A stretch of 64,000 nucleotides of DNA from a virus. The position numbers and the translations under genes were made by a program. How positions within the stretch are numbered: the first letter of the stretch is position 1; each line of letters opens with the position of its first letter. The stretch covers positions 64,001 to 128,000 of IMG/VR virus record IMGVR_UViG_3300021962_000028. The stretch is one strand, 5' to 3'. Under the pieces are notes generated by a model. It was not told the origin of the DNA. It searched no databases and saw nothing but the letters and a program-made list of their open reading frames with translations. This document shows positions 27,757-36,524 of the stretch, in pieces.

Positions 27757-28020
27757 TTATGAATACTTTTTAGCGATATTCATAATAGTATCTTCATCTT
27801 CTTTACTCATTCTATGATAAGAATTTGCTAAAACATCACAATAATCCCTATGAGTTTCCTCAATTAGTGTATATTGATTTGGTTTACCAGGACCCTTACT
27901 ATTTTTAGTTAAGTGACCTCTTTCGATTAATTCATCAATTAATTCATTAATTTCACTTTTAGAGCATTCATCAATAAATTCATAAACCTCTAAATCAATG
28001 TAAGTGCTAAATTCAGGCAT
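27757..28020 (-). CDS. Hypothetical protein
   Basis: 87-aa ORF within the tRNA operon. Confidence 0.55.
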   Translation of the reverse strand: MPEFSTYIDLEVYEFIDECSKSEINELIDELIERGHLTKNSKGPGKPNQYTLIEETHRDYCDVLANSYHRMSKEDEDTIMNIAKKYS

Positions 28021-28040
28021 AATAGTTATTTTTAAGTTTG

Positions 28041-28112
28041 TAGTCCCTACGGGAATCGAACCCGTCTTTTATCCGTGAAAGGGATATGTCCTAACCGATA
28101 GACGAAGGGACC
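28041..28112 (-). tRNA. tRNA-Glu(TTC)
   Basis: TATCC-CT-TTC-AC-GGATA. Confidence 0.93.
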
Positions 28113-28147
28113 ATTTTTAAATCTTTTACAAAGATACAACCAATATT

Positions 28148-28156
28148 TCAAAGAAC
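28148..28156 (-). promoter_or_regulatory. boxA-like element (GTTCTTTGA)
   Basis: Just downstream of attenuator terminator 2. Confidence 0.65.
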
Positions 28157-28170
28157 AAAATTTTACAAAT

Positions 28171-28200
28171 AAAAAAACCCATCTCTTTTGGAGATGGGTT
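28171..28200 (-). terminator. Attenuator terminator 2
   Basis: AACCCAUCUC-caaaa-GAGAUGGGUU followed by a U-tract. Confidence 0.82.
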
Positions 28201-28224
28201 CAGTGAATTCATAGTATAGGAATA

Positions 28225-28299
28225 TCACACCATCTCCATTGGAGTAGTCGCTTCAGTTCTATCTGTCCCGCCTATTAGTATGATATGTATTGTTTTCAT
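28225..28299 (-). CDS. Leader peptide 2 (24 aa) MKTIHIILIGGTDRTEATTPMEMV
   Basis: Not in the ORF track. Anti-terminator UGGAGAUGG (28230-28238) is complementary to the terminator 5' arm; codons match the downstream tRNAs. Confidence 0.8.
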   Translation of the reverse strand: MKTIHIILIGGTDRTEATTPMEMV

Positions 28300-28361
28300 T
28301 TGCAGTTTTACTTGTTTTTTATTAAATATACGTATGTAACGTAAAAAGTCAAATTTTATTT

Positions 28362-30152
28362 TTAAAAATTAAATCCTCCCCCTCTTTTTGTGTTAATTCC
28401 ACTTGTTCTACCCGTCTTTTTACCAGATGGGACGGTATATGGTATTACAACATCTCTACTATTCTGTCTTTTTTGGTCAATTAAATCCTTGTCAATTTTT
28501 TTAACAACTTTTTTATCGGACAATAATGATAAAATATTCTTACGAATATCTTCTACCGTACTATTATCTGACTTTTCAATTGATTTAGATGTAGCTTCAT
28601 TATTAGTATTGACTAACTTACTATCGGTATCTACAAACGTATTTTTAGAATAAACTTGTTTTAACGTATCAATAGTACTGTGTTGGGGGGTATCAATTAC
28701 GGGTTTAGTGGCCGTATTATAATAATAATTGATTTTACCGATGTCAGTTTTAGGGTAAATTCTAATAAAGGTAGAAGTCTTTAATTCATCTAATGGTCCA
28801 AAATTTGTTTTTGAATTTGTTAACTCAATATAATGTTTTCGTAATTTAGAACCATAGTTAGTTTCAGGATTAGTCGTTAATCCATTTTCGTGAATTCTTC
28901 GATAAAATAATGTTTCCTCAATTCGTTTAAAGGTCACACCATTTTTTTGGGTTCTAACCATAAAATCCGAATCTGCCGCACATCTCCAACCCTCAAAACC
29001 ATTAAAATGGTGAAAAATATGTTTTCTAATTCCAAAAACCCCTTCACCAAATAAATTAGAATATGTTTTATATTTTGGGTCATCGTAATTAATTTCTTCT
29101 TTAAAGTCGTGATACATAGGTTTAACACATTCATAATCAGTAAGGGTATTAATTATCTTGAAAACCATATCATCCGACATAACATCGTCAGAATCAAAAA
29201 ATATTAAATTTTCTGTTTTAGAAATTTTTGACAATGTATTCTTAATAACATAAGGACCAACATTTTCTTCAAAGTAAAATAACTTAATTCTAAAATCGAA
29301 TATGTTTTCTCGCACAAACTTTAAAGTTTTTTCACATTTATCAATTCCAACTAAGATTTCAAAGTTTTGTAATTGATTACAAGAATTAACTACAGAATCT
29401 AAACATTCTTTTAAAAAGTCCACATTATTAAATGTTGGTATAATAACCGAAACTTCTTTATCCAAATAGGATTCGTTAGTAAGGGTTGTTTGAATAAAAT
29501 CGGAACGTAAATCTTTTTCATAGATAGACCCTTCAAAATTTTGTTGGGTAACGTATCCGCTATTATGTTTTGCACATATAATATCAATGTTATTTTCTTT
29601 AGCATATTTACCAATCCATACATCCGCCATATTTGGTCTATCAAAATATTCTATTGGAACTTTAAATAAATCAGTATGGAAACACATAACACCTGTCCCA
29701 CCAAATTGAACTTTAGTATCTTGAGATAAAAGTTGTTTAAAGTGGTATACTGAAGTATTACGTCCATAAAAACTATTAATAGGAAATGAGTTAAATGTTC
29801 GAGCGTGTAAAGTAATAATCGACTTCCTTTTATATTGATTAACCTTATCAATCATATATTCAGTGTAGTTTTCAGGGTAAATTAAGTCGTCATCTATGGT
29901 GAAAAAATACCCGTCGGAATTCATTAAATTATAAAATTTATAAGCATCCCCTCTATCATTATCCGAAATAAATAAATTTATTTTTTTATCATACAGTTCA
30001 GGTGGAATCTCGGTATAATCATTTAATGCTACATTTATAATGTCAGATTGATTATAAATCGATTCAATAGTTTTAATCAGAGTATCCCCTCTTTTATAAC
30101 TGGCGACATTATATATTACTTTATCCATACTTTTTTTAAAATTATATTGCAA
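28362..30152 (-). CDS. Two-domain GT-A glycosyltransferase (GT2-like)
   Basis: FTIDDDLIYP in domain 1; VSVIIPTFN...FFDSDD...ADSDF in domain 2. Confidence 0.85.
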   Translation of the reverse strand: MQYNFKKSMDKVIYNVASYKRGDTLIKTIESIYNQSDIINVALNDYTEIPPELYDKKINLFISDNDRGDAYKFYNLMNSDGYFFTIDDDLIYPENYTEYMIDKVNQYKRKSIITLHARTFNSFPINSFYGRNTSVYHFKQLLSQDTKVQFGGTGVMCFHTDLFKVPIEYFDRPNMADVWIGKYAKENNIDIICAKHNSGYVTQQNFEGSIYEKDLRSDFIQTTLTNESYLDKEVSVIIPTFNNVDFLKECLDSVVNSCNQLQNFEILVGIDKCEKTLKFVRENIFDFRIKLFYFEENVGPYVIKNTLSKISKTENLIFFDSDDVMSDDMVFKIINTLTDYECVKPMYHDFKEEINYDDPKYKTYSNLFGEGVFGIRKHIFHHFNGFEGWRCAADSDFMVRTQKNGVTFKRIEETLFYRRIHENGLTTNPETNYGSKLRKHYIELTNSKTNFGPLDELKTSTFIRIYPKTDIGKINYYYNTATKPVIDTPQHSTIDTLKQVYSKNTFVDTDSKLVNTNNEATSKSIEKSDNSTVEDIRKNILSLLSDKKVVKKIDKDLIDQKRQNSRDVVIPYTVPSGKKTGRTSGINTKRGGGFNF

Positions 30153-30846
30153 TTAGTTTTTCTTGTTTTCTTAATTCAGGTAAAAACATTGATTCGTGGT
30201 CTCCGTGAGTTGTTAATGAATCAATTACGTGATACATATTCAAACCTTTGGAGAATAGTCTATTACTTATTTGGTCCCCAACTCCGCAACTAAGATTTGG
30301 GTTATTATCCCACCTATTTGGACTTATTGGATTTATATTAAAATCTAATGATTCAAAAAAGTTATACTTACATATGAATACTAATTCACACCACTGAGTT
30401 TTATAATATTCGTTATATTCTATCGGTAAAACTCCCGTCCATTTTGGTTGATTTCTTTGTGATTCTATCATAAGAGTACCCAAAGTCATTTTATTATCAT
30501 CAGGAATACTTTCAAAAATCCTAACACTTTCTTCAAAGAAATTATCTTTTAACCTTAAATCATCTTGTAAATAAACAAAATAATCTGAATTAATATTTTT
30601 ACAATATTTGAATGTGTCAGTAATGACTTTCCAAACATTTTTTAACCCATTATTTTTAATATACTTAATATATTTAACATCATAATCCTCAAGATTATAA
30701 GGTTCTTTACTTCCATCATCAAATACGGTCACCAATATATTATATTGGGTATTTTTGAATATATCATCTAAAAGATTTTTTAACATCTCCTCCCGATTAT
30801 AAGTTGTAATAATCACACAAAAATCGTATTTCTCTTTATCTTTCAT
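30142..30846 (-). CDS. GT2-family glycosyltransferase
   Basis: VIITTYNR, FDDGS, YLQDD. Confidence 0.85.
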   Translation of the reverse strand: MKDKEKYDFCVIITTYNREEMLKNLLDDIFKNTQYNILVTVFDDGSKEPYNLEDYDVKYIKYIKNNGLKNVWKVITDTFKYCKNINSDYFVYLQDDLRLKDNFFEESVRIFESIPDDNKMTLGTLMIESQRNQPKWTGVLPIEYNEYYKTQWCELVFICKYNFFESLDFNINPISPNRWDNNPNLSCGVGDQISNRLFSKGLNMYHVIDSLTTHGDHESMFLPELRKQEKLIAI

Positions 30847-31394
30847 TAATGTAATATTGTAAATGTTTTTTTATCTTCACAAATTATAGATGAAGTTATG
30901 TTTTTATTTAGTTTTTCTGATAAAAATATAGACATATTCTTATCATTTTCTCTATTAGTATCATCAATAATTATTGGTATGTCTGTTTTAAACATTTCAT
31001 AATTATTAATAATATTAACTCTGTTTTCCCCTATTGGACCGTCAATAAGTAATAAATTGTAATTGGTGGGTAATTCAGTTTTTAAAATTTCAACGTCGTA
31101 CCATCCATCTACTAAAGGTGCGTAGATATATTTTGAATCAGGTACTAAATCAACCCATTCAATATCGTGTTCAACACTATAAACATTATAAAATTTAACT
31201 AATTCTTTGGTACCATTACCACTACCTAATTCAAGAATAGTACTTCCTTTGGGTATGTTTTTAAAAATCCAATCAAACAGTTCTTTTGATATTGCCCAAC
31301 CGCCAAATGAATCATAATTAACCTCACGTTTTAAGTCAGTGTTAGTAACTACTCTTTTTGTACCTACAACTCTTTTGTTGTTTATTCTATTCAT
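30846..31394 (-). CDS. Class I SAM-dependent methyltransferase
   Basis: ILELGSG.GT, SVEHD..W, LLIDGP, IIDDT.R. Confidence 0.8.
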   Translation of the reverse strand: MNRINNKRVVGTKRVVTNTDLKREVNYDSFGGWAISKELFDWIFKNIPKGSTILELGSGNGTKELVKFYNVYSVEHDIEWVDLVPDSKYIYAPLVDGWYDVEILKTELPTNYNLLLIDGPIGENRVNIINNYEMFKTDIPIIIDDTNRENDKNMSIFLSEKLNKNITSSIICEDKKTFTILH

Positions 31395-31447
31395 TTAATA
31401 ACATTTCTATTTATAATTATAAGTATAATTATTTTTAAATCTATAAT

Positions 31448-32272
31448 ATGGTAAAAACAGTAGGAGTAGTTGGTAATGGTTTTGTTGGGGAAACTATTGC
31501 GTTTGCATTTAGCCCAACATCTAACGTAAAAATCTATGACGTTAACCCATTGAAAACAACCCATACATTAGAAGAGGTTATGGGACAAGAATTTATTTTT
31601 GTATGTCTACCAACCCCAATGTTAAGTGATGGGTCTCAAGACATTTCATTTATTGAAGACTTCTTCGGTAGTGTAATTTATAATGAAAATACTGTTTTTA
31701 TTATAAAATCAACTATACTACCAGGCACTACGGAGTCTTTAATTAAGAAGTACGGTCATAATATTGTTTTTTCACCTGAGTTTTTAACCGAGAGAACTGC
31801 TAAGTTAGATATGTTAACACAATCAAGAATTATTTTAGGAGGTGAACCATCTTTAACTAAACGAGTTGAAGAATTATTCAATGACCGATTTATGAATAGA
31901 CACATTATTCATACCGATTCTAAAACTGCTGAGTTTGTGAAATATATGAACAACACATTCTTTGCGGCAAAAGTTAGTTTGATGAACGAATATTATCGAC
32001 TAAGTCAATTAATTGGTGTTAATTGGGACGACGCACTTTATGGGTTCGCGTCCGATGGTAGAATTGGAGATTCCCACTTACACGTACCAGGTCCTGATGG
32101 TAAATTAGGGTTTGGAGGAACTTGTTTTCCAAAAGACATAAACGCACTTATCACAATGGCAAAAGAAGTGGGTTGTAATATGAATGTATTAGAGTCCGCG
32201 TGGAAAACTAATTTGGAAGTCAGACCTGAACAAGATTGGAAATCTTTAAAGGGTAGGGCGGTTTCAGAATAA
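31448..32272 (+). CDS. UDP-glucose/GDP-mannose dehydrogenase family protein (short form)
   Basis: GNGFVG, CLPTP, IKST, SPEFL, AE..KY..N.F, GFGGTCFPKD. Confidence 0.88.
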   Translation: MVKTVGVVGNGFVGETIAFAFSPTSNVKIYDVNPLKTTHTLEEVMGQEFIFVCLPTPMLSDGSQDISFIEDFFGSVIYNENTVFIIKSTILPGTTESLIKKYGHNIVFSPEFLTERTAKLDMLTQSRIILGGEPSLTKRVEELFNDRFMNRHIIHTDSKTAEFVKYMNNTFFAAKVSLMNEYYRLSQLIGVNWDDALYGFASDGRIGDSHLHVPGPDGKLGFGGTCFPKDINALITMAKEVGCNMNVLESAWKTNLEVRPEQDWKSLKGRAVSE

Positions 32273-32304
32273 GGACATATTTATAAGAAAGAAAACCGTA
32301 AATT

Positions 32305-32409
32305 ATGAAAACGTATAACAACACAGGTCTTTTGATACAGGATAACATTATCACATCGTTATGTGGCAATGGTATAGTGACCTTACGCGGTTTAGATAAA
32401 CAAAAATAA
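32305..32409 (+). CDS. Leader peptide 3 (34 aa) MKTYNNTGLLIQDNIITSLCGNGIVTLRGLDKQK
   Basis: Not in the ORF track. TATTTATA motif upstream; anti-terminator GUGACCUU (32377-32384). Confidence 0.65.
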   Translation: MKTYNNTGLLIQDNIITSLCGNGIVTLRGLDKQK

Positions 32410-32437
32410 GATTAGTTAAACTAAAAACGTATAAAAG

Positions 32438-32467
32438 AAAGGTCACAAGAAATTGTGACCTTTTTTT
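32438..32467 (+). terminator. Attenuator terminator 3
   Basis: AAAGGUCACAA-gaaa-UUGUGACCUUU followed by a U-tract. Confidence 0.8.
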
Positions 32468-32502
32468 GTTTTATTAAAAAAATGTATTAAATTTGTACAG
32501 TT

Positions 32503-33000
32503 ATGGATAGAGTATTAGTATTAAATGCGGATTACACTCCGTTAAACGTGACTTCGTCTCAAAGGGGATTCAAGTTAGTGTTTAAAGGTAAAGCGGAAGT
32601 CTTAAAGAGTTCCGATAACCCTATCTATGCAGGATATCAAAATTTTGTTCGTCCATTAATTATACGTTTATTGAAGTATGTAAAATACCGAGTTAGAAAT
32701 ATTAGGGTTAACAGAAATAGAATTTATAGACGGGATGGTGGAGAGTGTGTTTATTGTGGTTCAACAAAACAATTAACTTTGGACCACGTTATACCAAAGT
32801 CTAAAGGAGGTAAGAATACTTGGAGTAATTTGGTTACTTGTTGTCATAAGTGTAACTTATACAAAGCGGATAGAAATCCACAAGAAGCTGGTATGAATAT
32901 GAGGACAAAACCGTATGAACCAAGTCTGTTCTCAGACGTATTGAATAATTCAATTGAACGTGTGTGGATTGATTATAAAAGTTCGATGGGATTTGATTAA
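32503..33000 (+). CDS. HNH endonuclease
   Basis: VLVLNA.Y.P, RD...CVYCG, TLDHVIP.S.GG...W.NLVTCC..CN..K. Confidence 0.9.
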   Translation: MDRVLVLNADYTPLNVTSSQRGFKLVFKGKAEVLKSSDNPIYAGYQNFVRPLIIRLLKYVKYRVRNIRVNRNRIYRRDGGECVYCGSTKQLTLDHVIPKSKGGKNTWSNLVTCCHKCNLYKADRNPQEAGMNMRTKPYEPSLFSDVLNNSIERVWIDYKSSMGFD

Positions 33001-33015
33001 TCCAAATTTATTTCG

Positions 33016-33039
33016 TACATTTGTACCATAGTTCTTTGA
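33016..33039 (+). promoter_or_regulatory. TAnnTTTG promoter plus boxA-like element
   Basis: tacatttg at 33016-33023 and gttctttga at 33031-33039. Confidence 0.65.
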
Positions 33040-33042
33040 AAC

Positions 33043-33128
33043 GCTCGGGTGGTGGAATAGGTAGACACGTCAGACTTAAAATCTGATGGACCGTAAGGTC
33101 CGTGCGGGTTCGATTCCCGCCCCGAGTA
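33043..33128 (+). tRNA. tRNA-Leu(TAA)
   Basis: TCAGA-CT-TAA-AA-TCTGA, long variable arm. Confidence 0.93.
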
Positions 33129-33342
33129 CTAAGAGTAAGGGATACTCTGAAAGTTTGGTAACGTTCTTTATAAATGTTATAGTTGTCGCCTTCCACGACT
33201 TTAGAGAGGGGGTTCGTCGGATCCTGGACGTAACAAATCCACCGAGTATGTTTGACTTTTATGTGCGGGTAAGACCGTCTCGTGTTTTCAATAGGAAAAC
33301 AGAAGAAAAATCCACTCACCGTAATCTCAGGTGGGTACTCAC

Positions 33343-33422
33343 ATCAGAGTGGTGGAATTGGTAGACACGTATGCCTTAGGAGCATATGCTACGGCGTGAG
33401 GGTTCGAGTCCCTCCTCTGATA
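33343..33422 (+). tRNA. tRNA-Leu(TAG)
   Basis: TATGC-CT-TAG-GA-GCATA. Confidence 0.93.
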
Positions 33423-33441
33423 CTAAATTTAAAATTTAAAT

Positions 33442-34116
33442 ATGGATAACGCAAAAGAATTTAAATCGTACTACACGAAACACTTGTATAAACCATCAAG
33501 TCATTTGGATTACTACTCAAAACAAATTGAGAATTCTATGACTCCATACATTTTGGAAGAAAGAGAAATGAGGGCGACTCAAATCGACATCTTCTCAAGA
33601 TTAATGAGAGACCGTATCTTATGGGTCGCTGGTGAAGTTAATGATAATATGTCAACTATTGTTCAGGCTCAGTTAATGTTCTTGGATTCTGCGGACAGTA
33701 CAGACATCACAATGCACATTGATAGTCCAGGTGGGTCGGTTAAATCAGGTCTAAGTATGGTTGACGTTATGGATTACATTAAATGTGATATCCGTACAGT
33801 AAACACAGGTATGGCAGCATCAATGGGTTCAGTATTGTTAGGTGCAGGAACAAAGGGAAAACGTTCTTCATTACGTTTCTCAAGAACAATGTTACACCAA
33901 TCTTCAGGTGGGTTCCGTGGAAATATCCAAGATGCGGAAATCGATATGAAAGAATGGAAAAAAATCAACGAGACACTATTTGAATTACTTGGTAGTTACT
34001 GTGATAAAACGGCAAAACAAGTAATGAAAGATGCAAGTCGTGACTTATGGTTATCTTCACAAGAGGCACTTAATTACGGTATCATTGATGAAATCGTAAA
34101 ATCTAAGAAGGGGTAA
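33442..34116 (+). CDS. clpP: ATP-dependent Clp protease proteolytic subunit
   Basis: DIFSRL..RI, DSPGG, GMAASMGS (Ser), MLHQ (His), RD.W (Asp), YGIID. Confidence 0.95.
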   Translation: MDNAKEFKSYYTKHLYKPSSHLDYYSKQIENSMTPYILEEREMRATQIDIFSRLMRDRILWVAGEVNDNMSTIVQAQLMFLDSADSTDITMHIDSPGGSVKSGLSMVDVMDYIKCDIRTVNTGMAASMGSVLLGAGTKGKRSSLRFSRTMLHQSSGGFRGNIQDAEIDMKEWKKINETLFELLGSYCDKTAKQVMKDASRDLWLSSQEALNYGIIDEIVKSKKG

Positions 34117-34200
34117 AATGAAAAAAGGAGGTCAAATGACCTCCTTTTCCACAGGAAAAATTACCCTCCTTTTTTTTATCTATTTATAATAAACAATCAA

Positions 34201-34890
34201 TTACGATTGAGTATCCGAGTCAGCAGGAATCAAAGAAGATTTCATAGAATCTAATTGATTACCGAATTTTTCAGACATCTTATCCACTAATGGACAAACA
34301 ATACCTGAAATCTTTTCTTTAACTTTGTCACCAAAGTCACTACTTTTAATCACGTCATATAATGAATTTCTAACAAAGTCCATAAAATCACCGCCCATAC
34401 CTTTTTCATACTCTAATTGTCTTAGGTATGCCTCAGGAATAGATTCTGATATTTTTTCTGTTAAAAACTCACAATCTGAAAATAATTTAGGGACATCTTT
34501 TAAATCCGTATTACCTAAAGCGGTAATTAAGAAATTTTTAAGGAAATTGTTATCTTCAATTCCTAATTTTTCTAATATCCATCTAACTCCTTTTTCTTTA
34601 AATAATTCAACCACTGCATTAGTACTTCCACCAAATAAGTTACCTAAAACGGTGAAAACACTTTCAGCATTTTCTTTAATTAAATTACTATCAAAACCTT
34701 GTTTATGTAAGTAAATCATCTCAGAAAGAAGATTCACAAAAGTATCATCTAATTGTTTTTTAGTTTTAATCTTAGAAGATTCTGCAATCATTAAGAATCT
34801 TGTTTGAATTATCTTAGATTCACCTAACAATCGATTTTTACTTTCTTTAGTTTCGATTAACTGTTTTCTTATATTATTTTTAAGACTCAT
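34201..34890 (-). CDS. Hypothetical, probably virion-associated protein
   Basis: IRKQLIE..ES leader; last gene of a late operon. Confidence 0.5.
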   Translation of the reverse strand: MSLKNNIRKQLIETKESKNRLLGESKIIQTRFLMIAESSKIKTKKQLDDTFVNLLSEMIYLHKQGFDSNLIKENAESVFTVLGNLFGGSTNAVVELFKEKGVRWILEKLGIEDNNFLKNFLITALGNTDLKDVPKLFSDCEFLTEKISESIPEAYLRQLEYEKGMGGDFMDFVRNSLYDVIKSSDFGDKVKEKISGIVCPLVDKMSEKFGNQLDSMKSSLIPADSDTQS

Positions 34891-34907
34891 ATCTTTATAT
34901 TCTTTTT

Positions 34908-36524
34908 TTATTGTAATGGTGGTTGGTCCATAGACTTCATAGAAGCAAAAGATACTTTATATCTATCTTCTAATCCTTCATCAGACAACGCACTTATTTG
35001 ATTTCTATCTGTAATGATTCGTTTTCTAGCACAGTTAGCAACAACTTGTTTCATCGCTTTTAATTCACCAATTTCAAACGCTTCACAACTTGTAACACTT
35101 TCCGCTTTCTTCTTAAACAATCCTGTTTCTTGGTATTGTATACAATCTAATAATTTAGAAATTGTAGTTTTACAGAATTCTGCAGTTAACGTATTCCCTG
35201 CCATATATGCCGAAAGATTTTTATCGATATTTGTTGTCGCGGCAGTTGTCATATTCTGACCCTTTATCACATACGCAGTGAATGGAACCGTAAACGGAGC
35301 TTTATCGAACTTAACCTCAGTATAATTCATAATGTCTTGTTGAGGTGGGTTTGTTAAAGGATTCCAATTTGATTGATTACTTGTTTTCGCTAATTCGTTG
35401 GTTGCGGTAGTTATTGCACTTTTAAGTTGTGTAAAATTATCATTAACAACTGTAACATATCTTTGGTATTTTTCACCCATAGATGTATAAAAATCAATTA
35501 AATTTTCTAAGAAAGTCGCGTAATATCCGAAACCATTACTTCTATATTTTGAATTAATACCTGAAATAACCGCTTCAGTGGCTTGTGTCAACTCAACAGA
35601 ATTTAATCTATAATTACCTAAAATAATTTTAAGCCCTAAATAATCATTAGTCTCTTTTACCATATCATAAGTTTCTGATTGGTCAGGTGTTAAATTAGAC
35701 GCTTGATTACCTCCCATACCTACAGGACCTACCGTGTAAGACGCTCCGTTATTATCTGTAATTGTTAAACCATTATTACAATTGTATAATAGATTAACTT
35801 TACCATTATCACCTTTAACCCCAACAGGTCTTGATACCGCTAAGTAATTACCACCCTGTCTCGGAGTTTTGGTAAAATAGATATCAACTTCAACACCTTT
35901 ATTATCTTTTCCAACGGTATGGAACATTCCATAACCCTCAATTCTTTCAAATGACGTTACACAATTAGGGAAACCTGTTGCCCAATCACCTCCAGATGTT
36001 TGTTGATTAGTATTTGTACCACCATAAGTAACTCTAACATCGTTGTCTCCATTACACGACCAAGTACCTGATGAATTATCACTTGTTGTGAATTTACCAT
36101 CTTTACTGAATGTATATGTAACACTGTTAGCATTAACCACCCATTGTTTTTGAGTGTTTAATGAACCGCTTTGATTGTTAATATTAAGAATACATTTTTG
36201 AAAACCTTCTGCAGTACCCGCCTCAATATTACTTCTATTGGTGACATTAGAATTGTTTTGATTTTGATTTTGGTTTTGATTTTGGTTCTGATTTTGGTTC
36301 TGATTTTGGTTTTGATTTTGGTTTTGATTTTGGTTTTGATTTTGGTTAGTATTTCCTCCTTGGTCAAAAGGATTTCCCCCTTGGTCAAAAGGATTCCCCC
36401 CTTGGTCAAAAGGATTTTGTTCTACTAATACTTTACGCATACCCTCTATGTTATTTGGATTTTCATTTTCAAATAACTTATTAATGATTGAGGTTACGTT
36501 TGTTTTTTTATTTTTGTATCGCAT
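34908..36524 (-). CDS. Asn/Gln-repeat protein, possible virion or ejection protein (start uncertain)
   Basis: (NPFDQGG)3 and (NQ)n repeats. Confidence 0.55.
   Translation of the reverse strand: MRYKNKKTNVTSIINKLFENENPNNIEGMRKVLVEQNPFDQGGNPFDQGGNPFDQGGNTNQNQNQNQNQNQNQNQNQNQNQNQNQNQNQNNSNVTNRSNIEAGTAEGFQKCILNINNQSGSLNTQKQWVVNANSVTYTFSKDGKFTTSDNSSGTWSCNGDNDVRVTYGGTNTNQQTSGGDWATGFPNCVTSFERIEGYGMFHTVGKDNKGVEVDIYFTKTPRQGGNYLAVSRPVGVKGDNGKVNLLYNCNNGLTITDNNGASYTVGPVGMGGNQASNLTPDQSETYDMVKETNDYLGLKIILGNYRLNSVELTQATEAVISGINSKYRSNGFGYYATFLENLIDFYTSMGEKYQRYVTVVNDNFTQLKSAITTATNELAKTSNQSNWNPLTNPPQQDIMNYTEVKFDKAPFTVPFTAYVIKGQNMTTAATTNIDKNLSAYMAGNTLTAEFCKTTISKLLDCIQYQETGLFKKKAESVTSCEAFEIGELKAMKQVVANCARKRIITDRNQISALSDEGLEDRYKVSFASMKSMDQPPLQ
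36255..36420 (-). repeat. 6-nt (NQ)n microsatellite and 21-nt NPFDQGG x3 repeat
   Basis: Tandem ttttga/ttttgg units; ccttggtcaaaagga three times. Confidence 0.85.

Noticed and set aside
32503-33000. HNH gene as an intron-encoded mobile element
   Set aside because: It is free-standing, with no interrupted gene or intron structure around it.
33008-33364. ORFs 33008..33319 (-) and 33086..33364 (+), and likewise 27098..27292
   Set aside because: They overlap tRNA genes.
36255-36420. Tandem repeats as a possible CRISPR array
   Set aside because: They are in-frame coding repeats without unique spacers. No repeat-spacer array or cas gene was seen in the window.
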